Positions 42,101 to 54,000 of a stretch of DNA of 64,000 bases are shown here, in pieces. The stretch is from Octopus vulgaris (Eukaryota): positions 112,592,001 through 112,656,000 of the forward strand of contig OX597822.1 in NCBI GenBank assembly GCA_951406725.2, given 5' to 3'. The notes under the pieces are model-generated. The model was not told where the DNA came from. It made no database searches and saw nothing but the letters and a program-made list of their open reading frames with translations. Positions within the stretch are counted from its first letter, which is position 1, and every line of letters starts with the position of its first letter. Both the position numbers and the translations under genes were made by a program.

Positions 42101-45100
42101 ACTACACTCTCAGAGTGGTTGGCGTTAGGAAGGGCATCCAGCTGTAGAAACTCTGCCAGATCAGATTGGAGTCTGATTCGCCAGACCTCAGTCAAATCGT
42201 CCAACCCATGCTAGCATGGAAAGCGGACGTTAAACAATGATGATGATGATGATGTTACATATACAGTTTGATATTATTACTGTTATACAGTAATAATAAT
42301 AATGTTATAAAGAAATAATAATAGTTATGAAGGAATAATAATACAGGCTGGCGCCAAACTATTCTATAATCTGATATCATTGTTGCAGTGATAATGTTTC
42401 AAATGTAAGAGAATAAAACTGCATCACTCTGTAAAAGTATCTTGGAAAACAGAAAACATTGTTAGGGAGAGATTAATAATGATTTACCCTTTGAAGAATG
42501 AGGACCAGAGACGGTATAACTTTCTCTCTTGATTCCTCTAAATAGAAAAGTATTTTGGGTGAACGTATAAAAATCTTTGTTTTGCCATATTCCACTTCTG
42601 GACTGAAATTATGTTCTGTTACGATTTCCTTGACCCCTTGTTTCACTGCACCATTATAGTTGGGCCAGGTTGCTGAGCAAATACATTTATATCTGGAAGA
42701 TAGAGGAAATTTAGTCAAAGAAACTGTGATATTTTGTATCATTTAAAGATAAGCAGTCAAACATATATATATATATATGTTTTGTTCCAATATATCAACA
42801 ACAATCATGAAATAATGATTTAATAAATTTAGCTATAGTGAGTAAATCTTCAACTTCAATTCACAATTCATATAAAATTGAAATCAAAATCAAAGTGAAG
42901 TTCAATGACGGGCACGAGCACCATACGAGCATGATCGTTGACTGAGCAGCTAACCGGCTTCCGTGCCAGTGGCACATAAAAGGCAACAATTAAAGGGTGA
43001 TCGTTACCAGCTTTGCCTTATTGGCACTTGTGCCCCGTGCTAGTAGGGTGCTAAGAGCACCATCTGGGCATGATTGTTGCCAGAGCAGCCTACTGGCTTC
43101 CATGCTGGTGACATGTAAGAGGCACCATTCGAGCGGGATCATTACCAATGTCACCTTACTGGCACCTGTGCCAGTGGCATGTGTAAAAAAGATTCGAGTG
43201 AGGTTGTTGCCAGCACCACCTGACTGGGCCCCCGTGCCAGTGGCATGTAAAAAAAGCACCCACGACACTCTCAGAGTGGTTGGCGTTAGGAAGGGCATCC
43301 AGCTGTAGAAACTCTGCCAGAACAAGATTGAAGCCTGGTGCAGCCATCTGGTTCGCCAGCCGTCAGTCAAAATCGTCTAACCCATGCCAGCATGGAAAAC
43401 GGACGTTAAACGACGATGATGATGATGATATATATTAGTTTATAATATGAGAGTGCATAAAAGTAGCATTAGTGTTATTGTGAAGTTGGTGAGAACACAC
43501 AGTCATGTGTATGTACATTATTAGCAAGAACATGCTATTGAACATTTATCGCAACTCAAAGGGTGCTTCAGATAGGAGTGCTACATTTTCAGACCTATAT
43601 ATACAGCATATATGGAGGCGCAATGGCCCAGTGGTTAGGGCAGCGGACTCGCGGTCGGAGGATCGCGGTTTCGATTCCCAGACCGGGCGTTGTGAGTGTT
43701 TATTGAGCGAAAACACCTAAAAGCTCCACGAGGCTCCGGCAGGGGTTGGTGATCCCTGCTGTACTCTTTCACCACTCTTTCTCCCACTCTTTCTTCTGTT
43801 GGCCTGCTCGCTTAGCCAGCGGGGTGGCGTCATTCAAAGGCTAAAACAATGCGAACGCATTGTGACCAGCGATGTGTAACTACATCTGATGGTCTGGTCG
43901 GTCACGTGATCACGTGATATACAGCATATACAACTTGGTGATTATACACTTATTTTTTTTTTACTTCTAATTAAATGTTTGGTTTTAATTTATTTTATGT
44001 ATTTTCTGAAAATATATATGTTTACGAAGGCTTTACAAGCATCTTCAGCTAGCAGGCCATGCTACACCAGACTGATGATGAGCAAAACTCAGAAACATGC
44101 AGGTCTCTGGATGCATGCTTAGCTGGATGGGGGTGTTTGTCTCCCCTTTGTAAACATAAGGAAATGTGTCAAAGCCGACAGGAAGCGTCGATGCTTCCTA
44201 GGGCTAAATAGTGGTGGTGTGATTCCCTTTGTGGGACTGTCACGTTAAGTTGACAGTATACAACCGCTCTATCATTCCACCACCACTCATATCTCTCTGA
44301 GATATTTAGAAATCTAATATTTCTAATATATATTTTCTGTCCCATTAATAAACATATTCGACTCTGAATGTGCATTTAGTTTCCAAAAACGATGCTCATC
44401 TCCAATTGGGGAGGTGATGTGATGACATTGGGATGTGTAATAAGTTTTTAATATGAACATGTTTATTAAACTCACCTACTAAGAAATCTGGTATATGTTG
44501 ATCTAAAGGCAAAACCAGCTCTGCGGACTCTGACATTTTCCATTAATCCAAGATACATCACTTGATGACGGATTCTTTCATCGTCAAAGTGTACGGGAGA
44601 TTTGATATCATTTGGCTTGATACATCGCACATAATGGGGTTCCTACAGCAGAAACGGAGCACAACCAATTAGAAGAACTTCAAAGTAAAACAAACTATGT
44701 GGGGGGAAAAAAAAAGGTGGGCGTCATGGAAGATTTGGTTAGTAAAATTATAGTGTCAGAATTTTTTCAGTCTCAAAATTTACTTGTTTATAAATGTTGT
44801 TTGATTCTACACCCTTATTGTAGTAAATTAGTAAAAAACACAACATATTTCGTGACCAATATTCAAATTTCAAGAGATAAACAGGACACGACCATCATGC
44901 TTCAAATATTAATCAACTAGCAATATCGCCCGGTGTTGCTCGGGTTTGTTTCAACCCTTTAGAATTGAAATTTTTGGAAAGTAAAAATTTTGTATTATGT
45001 AGCTTGTTATTCTCATTAAGTGAACATTTTTCTGGTTGAAATACACTGAAAAATGGCGACACAGAAGTAAAAAAATCGTAAAAAAATAGGGATTTTCATA

Positions 45101-47505
45101 CAAAAAAAAAGCACCTTTTTGATGTAAATAATTTTTGGTGTTAACATGGTCTGATTTGAATTTTATCTTCTATGGAAAGAAGAACAAGCCTTCTTCTATC
45201 ATACTCTCAATTTTGGTCAACTTGCACCACAGGGTCTCGGAGGAGGTAGTGTTAGTTGAAGGCTACCAAACCTGCCATACACAGACAACTACATCTTTAT
45301 ATATATAGATTTTTGCCAAAGATGACACTGGAGCTTGATGCAGCCCTGCAACTTGCTAGTTCCCTGCCAAACCATCCTATCTATGTGGCAAGCTGGCTGA
45401 ATCATTAGCATTCCAGGCAAAATGCCTAACGACATTTCATCCATCCTTAGGTTCTGAGTTCAAATTCTGCCAAGGTCAATTTTACCTTTCATCCTTTTTT
45501 GGGATCAATGAAAGAAGCACTGGTTGGACAGTGGGATCGATGTAATTAACTAGTCCCCTCCCCCAAAACTTAAGGCCTTTGTGCCTATAGTAGAAAGAAT
45601 TATTATTAGCATTATTACAGAGTGGTTGGCATTAGGAAGGGCATCCAGCTGTAGAAACACTGCCAGATCAGACTGGGCCTGATGCAGCCTTCTGGCTTCA
45701 CAGACCCCAGTTGAACCGTCCAACCCATGCTAGCATGGAAAGCGGACGCTAAATGATGATGATGATGATTATTATTGGTATTATGTTGACAAAAACAGAA
45801 AATTAATTATACTCTAAATGTCAAGGCAAAGAAAATAAGCAAAATGAAATACTTTAATATTAAAACTGCAACACAACAACAATAATAATAATAATAATAA
45901 TAATAATTGTGTACAGTGCTCAGGTGCACTACAACTCATCTAAAGTGTATATATAATCAGGTGTAGTTTCGGCGGATTTCGGAAAGCATGAGGGCCTTAA
46001 AGGATGCAGTGTCATGGCAGTCAACAACTGACGCAGGCAGTTTGTTCCATGCTTCAGCAACTCTGAGCATGAAAAAATGTTTCCGAAAGTCATGGGAGCT
46101 GTGCTGTTTTCTGACTTTGTAGGCATGTCCACGTGTGTTAGACACATGGAGATCAAAAAGGTGTTCAGTGTTGTTGTTGGTGAGGTGGTTGATAACTTTG
46201 TGGGTGTTTACCAAGTCCGTCGCCATGAACCGGAGCTTCAGTGAATCCATGCCCAGGGAAACAAGGCGCTCAGAATATGGTAGGTGTCTGATGGAGGGTA
46301 TGCGTTTGGTTGCACGTCTCTGAACAGATTCCAGGAGGTCAATGTTCTGAGCAAGATAGGGGTTCCAAAACTGATGATGCGAATTCCAAGTGTGGTCGTA
46401 CCATAGCTGTATACAGTTTTAAATAGATGGCTGGAGAGCGGCTAACAAAAGTCTTGCTGAGTGATGCCAAGACACCCTCGGCCTTCTTGACAATTTTAGA
46501 GATATACTTTGTCCAACGCAAATTACTGCTGACAGTGATGCCTAGGTCACACTCGCAAGAGGATTTCTTGATATCAGTGTTGTGGAGGGAGTATGTGGAC
46601 GCAGGGTTTTTTCTCCAAAAATGCATGGTGGTACACTTGTCCACAGCCAGTTTCAGTTGCCAGTCTGCCAATATAAGACAGTAAGGCCATTGATGTATTT
46701 ATGTATTTGTTTTGCAAGATTCCTGATGTGAAATCAGGTTAAAACTGATAATGTTTATACTTGGGGGTGGTCATATTTTGCCAATTAAACACTTCAGTTT
46801 TATTTTTATTATTTTGTCTTTGTCTAAACTCTCATCACACATCCTATGACCTCATCAGTGATACTCAATCCCATTGATATAATTTCATTTTGAAGGTTAA
46901 AGATTAGGTAGAGAGCCCAAAACCTTTGAGGAGAAAATATGAAAAGCAACTTGGAATAAAATCTGTGTTGAGTGTGAGACCATGTGGGAAGATGGAGGCA
47001 CAACATCGCCATCACTAGTGATCACTCCAAATGCCATGATGTTGACTGGATGTTTGATTTTTATCCTCTCGGTACATGTTCTGGGGATACAGCAAGCGAA
47101 CAGTTGTTCTGTGTGTTCATATGATACTGGCAGAAATTCTCCTCATCTGAGAAAAACCAAAGGATGTCGAGTTGGAGGGGATGCTTTGGTTTGTTCAAAA
47201 GGCTTTGTAGCGAGGGCTTTCCTCTTGTCCTTAACGGCTTGGGATAAAAATTGGCTTTTTCTCATCTTGTATGAGGAATACCGAATGCCTTCATGCACTG
47301 CCTGCCTGATAAGAAAATCAGTCACTCCTTTGTCCCAGGTGATGGACCTGATTGACTTGGAGGGATCGTTGTCAATCATGGCCTGGATCTGACCAACAAA
47401 TTCAGGAGTTCTTTTCTTAGAAAGATCAGAGTGAATTTTCTGAGCTGCTGTACCTTCATAATCACCATTAGACTCAATCAATAAATAAATCACTCACTCA
47501 CTCAC

Positions 47506-47541
<36 letters not shown>

Positions 47542-47575
47542 CATCTATATATCTCTCTCTCTATCTATCTCTCCA

Positions 47576-47614
<39 letters not shown>

Positions 47615-48006
47615 AGACAGACAGACAAATGAAAAGTGGCAGTTCTGTTCTTGAGATTTCCTTAAAAACCAATTGATTAAAGTATCATACAACCCTAATA
47701 GCTTAATGATTTAAAAAAGTGAGAAATGAATAAAGAAATACTCCAAGAGATTGGAAACTGTTCATTGAGAAGCATTTGGCTATTGAGAAGAAAATCTTTA
47801 AAGTAAATAAAAGTAAGGGTTTATTTATATATATATTATATGAGCAAAATAACAGGACTTACTTTGCTTGCCAAATTGGCTACAAGTGCAATTATTGAGT
47901 TTTTGAAGTTGGTACCAGCAGTCGGGGGACGTTTTGTGGTCTGAAACCAAAAAGTAATTATAAAACTAGTGCTGTATACACCGTTAGTATTATTGTGTGT
48001 GTGTAA

Positions 48007-48057
<51 letters not shown>

Positions 48058-51000
48058 ATAAGTGTAGGTGGCATACGAGTGGGTATATATTTATAAAAAA
48101 GAAGTTTGAAAATGCCACTAAATAATATAAATTTTTATTTTCTGAGAGATTTTACGTGTTTCGGTTCTTTTTGGAAAAACGAACCTTATCAAAAATATTT
48201 TTAAAAGTGTACTAAAAAAGTTCATAATTGTTTCTTACTAGTCTCAACAGAGTCCACATGGTGGTGTTTTGTGGTGGGGAGCATAACGGCTGTCTTGTGC
48301 ATTGACTAGATTCATTGGCTGTAATTGTGAAAATGACCAGCAGCCAAAATAGCAGTAAGAAGCAATTACTCTTTTTACTCTTTTACTTGTTTCAGTCATT
48401 TGACTGCGGCCATGCTGGAGCACCGCCTTTAGTCGAGCAACTCGACCCCGGGACTTATTCTTTTTGTAAGCCCAGTACTTATTCTATCAGTCTCTTTTTG
48501 CTGAACCACTAAGTGACGGGGACGTAAACACACCAGCATCGGTTGTCAAGCAACACACAAACACACACACATACATACATATATAAACATATATACGACA
48601 GGCTTATTTCAGTTTCCGTCTACCAAATCCACTCACAAGGCATTGGTCGGCCTGGGGCTATAGCAGAAGACACTTGCCCAAGATGCCACGCAGTGGGACT
48701 GAACCCGGAACCTTGTGGTTGGTTAGCAAGCTACTTACCACACAGCCACTCCTGCGCCTATGAACTTTTTTAGTATACTTAACTTTTTAAAATATTTTTG
48801 ATAAGGTTCGTTTTTTTTAAGAAGAACCGAAACATGTAAAATCTCTAAGAAAATTAAAATTTATCTTATATAGTGGCGTTTTCAAACTTCTTTTTTATAA
48901 GTAAATAAATAAATAAATAAATGTATATATATATAGTACAAAGTAAGATAGGGGTTATGGAAATAGTATATATACTGTGCTTATGTATGTATATGTGTGT
49001 ATATATGTATATGGCTATTTGGATATTTGTTTATTTTTTTATATATATATTAAATAATAGGTGTTTCATGTTTAATGTATTTCTACATTAAAAGTATCAG
49101 AGAAAGCTGTTTAGTCTATCATATTGAGAGAAAGACACAAAAACCTATTTCCTGAAAATTTGTCATGGAGAATCTTAATGTTAATATAAAGATATTATAT
49201 CAGAGTATAATTTCCAGTAATGATGTTAGCAAAATTTTAGATCATTTAATTTCTTTGGTTCCTGTTGTGTTTTGGAGAGTAACCTCTGTATTCTGTACTG
49301 AATGGAGCATCAGAGTATCTCCTGATGTCAGTTTTAAAGAGTAACTTCCAGAATCAATTACTGATATTCTAGAGAGTTTTTCTATGTCCCTTGTTTTAAA
49401 GTGACTGTAAGACAACATCTAGAGTCCATGTAAGGAATTCTACTTACCTCAGATATTTTAAGGCTGCCATCTGGCCACATAAGTTTTAGTAATTCGTCTT
49501 TGCTGAAAAAGAAAGAATAAAATACCTCATTACTGTCAATTAGTTTTTTTTTCTTAATTTTCTTTTGGTGGTTTCAGAAAGATGAATAAAATGTGTCAGT
49601 TGAAGTGTAACTTAGAAGAAAGCATGTGAGACAAAATTCTATATTCGTCCGAATCGTGGCCGAAGCCAGTGCCGCCTCGACTGGCTTCCGTGCAGGTGGC
49701 ACGTAAAATGCACCAATCCGACCGTGGCTGATGCCAGCCTCGCCTGGCACCAGTGCAGGTGGCACGTAAAAAGCACCCACTACACTCACGGAGTGGTTGG
49801 CGTTAGGGAGGGCATCCAGCTGTAGAAACATTGCCAGATAAGACTGGAGCCTGGTGCAGCCTTCTGGCTTCCCAGATCCCCGGTCGAACCGTCCAACCCA
49901 TGCTAGCATGGAGAACGGACGTTAAACGATGATGATGATGTATATAGTGAATGTTGATTTGTACAAAGATGAATAGGACACACAGACATAGACTAAAGCA
50001 AATATCATACATCCCTGCTTCATTTGTACAAACCAATTTTTTTAAATGATATTCATTTACTGATAAGTTATCAAACCACAACTAGAATAATATTTTACTT
50101 CTATCACTCCTCAGTTGAGTCTTTCACATTTAAACATTTTGTGAATAAATACAAAATTGGAAATCCACGTAAGGGAAGTTGTCATGCCTCTGACAATTTT
50201 ATCAAGACACCAATTCTAGAGAAGATGGAGGGGAGAATATGATGGATAAGGGGTGGATAAAGGTTATAGGGATTTTGAATTAATTTTTATTCACAAAATT
50301 TCTATAAGAAAAAAAAAAGAGAAAAAAATCAACTGAGGAACTCTAAGTCATGTAAATAGAATAAAGGAGTATTTAAAACAACAATTCCCCTTCTCCATAA
50401 TAGTAGTGTGAAATATTTCAGTATTCTAAAGAGAAACAGGAATGTAAATCATAAACCAGGTCTTTGAGGAGTAAAGGTAAAGCTTGATCATCCTTTAAGG
50501 GATTATTACAGTATGGAATGAAAGAAGGAGTCAGGAATTATTTCTAGAAGCTAGGAGCTAAAAGGTCAACTTTTGACTTACCTATTTAAAATTTAGGACC
50601 CCAGAAAATTAATCCTTTATAGCTTACTAGCACTATGACCCGGCGTTGCCGGGTCATAGTGCTAGTGCATGCATATACAGCTGCGTGCATGTGCACATAC
50701 ATGCGAGTACTGTCCAAATCTCCGACCAATCACATACAGCTAGCTGGCATTCAATTGGTGTATCAAGTTTCGAGCATTTTGATTGGGTTTTGGATAGAAA
50801 ATTCACAAAAAGAGTAACTTCTATTGATTTTTTTAATGGCTTTGCGGGGTGACTGGGGAAATGTAAAGATGTGCACGACCACCCTTGGACGGTTTTGAAT
50901 GACCATAGAAAGTGCAAGCCCTCTAACTGAAAAATTGTGGATTTGTATAAAGGACGGACACACACACACACATTTTGCCGTTTATATATATATGGAGATA

Positions 51001-54000
51001 ATTTTTATTATAAAACAAAATTAGATGAAAACAAAATTTAGATTAGATCGTAAGGTTAATTACAATCTTTTAAGCAAATACGTAAAATGAATATGTGAAG
51101 AACTACAGTGGTAGTTGTTTAAAAGTCACAGACAAGGGACATGCAGTTTCTCAAACAAAAGGAGTTACCTATTAAAAAGCATTCTTTTAATATCTTGGTA
51201 GAGAGTGTCTTTATTTTTATCCAAAAATCCATTGACATTGTATGTCACATCTCCTGCATAATGTTTTATCCGAAAATCTCGGCCATGTTCCATGCCTTTA
51301 TCTGCTGGTGACAACTAAATAAGAGATATGCAAAAAAAATATTCCAAACATTTGCTTTCTATTTCAAAATATTCAATCTCTTGAGATCAATGTTTCATAT
51401 TATAAAGTGATTAGCAGTGAATTATTCTTCAGAATGTTATTTTTATTATTATTATTATTATTATTATTGAGTGAGAGATCAGCGCATGCCATCAAAGTGA
51501 CCCTGGGGTAAAATATATGAAGCCCAATATACCCATCATGACTACCCATCTGATACATTAGGCACATGCATCACAACCATATGTGCGCGACATGGTGATC
51601 TTATATCAACATAAACAGCACATGACCTTGCAGTTTGGGCCCAGTTAGAATTTTCTTCTGGTTGAGTAACCCATCCCACTCAAAAGGTCCCTGAATAAGG
51701 GTTGTTTAAGGATGTTGAACGAAACGCCCAGGTTTCCAGAGGTGAATTATTCAAACCCCACAGAATCCCTCTCAATACATGGCTATGATGCTCCCCCACT
51801 ACTTCTGCTCGTGATCAGAGATGCACATATCGTTAGCCACTAAGGGACATGCTCAAATGGTTAGGGTCAAACAACTGACAAGCAAATCTGTGGTATTGAG
51901 CAGAATATTTGCTGTAGCCCATCTTTTATATCAAGACAAAACAACATACATGATAACACTTCCAATCAGTTAGGATCAGAAGCCACGAGAGCCACTGCCT
52001 GGTACTGCATTAATTATTATTATTACTATTATTATTATTATTACTATTACTATTACTATTATTATTATTATTATTATTATTTTCTGTTCAGACTTATCCC
52101 TATTTTTATAATTGGATACTTCCTCACTGTATGGTTGATATAAATAAATAATAGACAAGTCATTGAAGTGAGTGAAATAATGTTAAGTACTTTGATGTGT
52201 GGGTTATACAAAATATTTTAAAATGAGTTTTGTTAAAGAAATAATTTAAACCTTCGTATGATACTCTCTGCATTAATGCAGTTTTATTGACAAACAATTA
52301 TTGCAATAAAACAAAGAAAAAAGAATTGACATTAACTTACAGCACGACAAGTGAAATGTTCGTGTTTATTGAGGGTTTTGGAAAGTTCTTCTAAGAATTT
52401 CTGAAAGATAAAAATAACATTTAGTATTTTTAAAAAATGGCAAAAAAATGGTTATGGTGGTGGGGGGTGTTGATGAGATGATGGAAAAGTTACCAAACTC
52501 ATAGTTGAATAATTATAATGGTTTCAAATTTTAGCACAAGGCCAGTAATTTTGGGGTGGTGGTGGTGGTGGTGGTGGGGTAGAAGTCAATTAAATCAACT
52601 CCAGTGCTCTACTGGTAATTTTTAAATCAAGAGGATGAATGTCAACCTCAACAGAATTTGAACCCAGAACAAAAAGACAAGCAAAATTCAATCAAGCATT
52701 TTGGTGTGCAGCCCACTGTCTTACTGTAAATCCTCGTGTATAATCCGCATTTTTCCCCCAAAGTTTAAAGGTCAAAATCCCTAGTGCGTACTATACACGA
52801 GGTTAAAAATGAAAAATATTTTCTAAGCAATGTCTGAGTCTCTATTTGCTGTCCGGCAATGTTTATTAATGGCACGTAAAAAGCACCATCCGATCGTGGC
52901 CATTGCCAGCCTTGCCTGGACCCCGTGCCGGTGGCACGTGAAAAGCACCATCCGTCTGTGGTCGTTTGCCAGCTCTGTCTGGCACCTGTGCGGGTGGCAC
53001 GTAAAAAGCACCCACTACACTCACGGAGTGGTTGGCGTTAGGAAGGGCATCCAGCTGTAGAAACACTGCCAGATCAGACTGGGGCCTGATGCAGCCTTCT
53101 GGCTTCATAGACCCCAGTTGAACCGTCCAACCCATGCTAGCATGGAAAGCGGACGCTAAATGATGATGATGATGATTTTGTGATGTAGGGCGCAAAAATA
53201 CCTTAAGCTAAGCCTGAAAGCAATGAAGTCATAAAAGAATCATCCATAACTTGCAGGAAGCAACATTTATTAAACGTTATTACTGTTATTTCTTTATTTT
53301 CTGCAAACAAAATGCACAAAAAAGCTACACGTTGGTGTTGTGTTTGTATGGAGTAGATGGTAGATTGTTGAGGGCTGTTCAGAATTTTTATAGAGAAAGT
53401 AAGGCGTGTGTTAAGGTAGGTAGTGAAGTAAGTGAGTGAGTGGTTTGAGGTGAAGCTGGGGTAAAGATAGTTATGTGATGTCTTCGTGGCTGTTTAATTT
53501 ATATTTGGATGGTGTGGTGAGAGAGGTAAATGCTAGAACCCTTGGTAAGGGGTCCCAAATGGAGGGAGAAAATGGAGAGAAACAGCTGGTGAGTCAGTTG
53601 TTGTTTGCTGTGGGGGATTCGGAAGAGCAACTGAGGAGACACTGGTGGTAGAGTTTGGAAGAGTGTGTGAGAGGAGGAAACTGAAAGTGAATGTAGCTAA
53701 GAGTAAGGTGATGAGATGTTCAAGAGATGGAACGGCTGGTAGGGTTGGATATGAGTATAAATGGTGAGATGTCAGAGGAGGTGTTTTTAAGTATCTGAGG
53801 TCACATGTGATGGTGGATAGGAGGTTGGCTAAGGAGGTGGATTACAGAGTGAGGGAGGGGATTAAGATACTTGGAGTTGTGAACGGTATGCTGAGAGATA
53901 AAAGGTTGAGAATGAAAGTGAAAAGAGGTGGGTATGAGGACGTAATTGTGCCAACAATGTTATATAGTGCAGAGACGTGAAGGCTGAGAGAGGCGGAAAG

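Noticed and set aside
43614-43690. tRNA genes at SINE heads
   Set aside because: A and B boxes only, no complete cloverleaf, and continuous with repeated SINE bodies.
43614-43965. Upstream SINE-D as Pol III promoter for the ribozyme
   Set aside because: A long T run at ~43953-43962 should terminate Pol III before the ribozyme.
44004-44050. Second, opposite-strand hammerhead back-to-back with the intact one (CTGAAGA-tgcttgtaaagc..cGTAAAC)
   Set aside because: The GAAA box is disrupted, stem II register is poor and there is no clear stem I. It would matter (ambisense ribozymes) only if a family consensus restores it.
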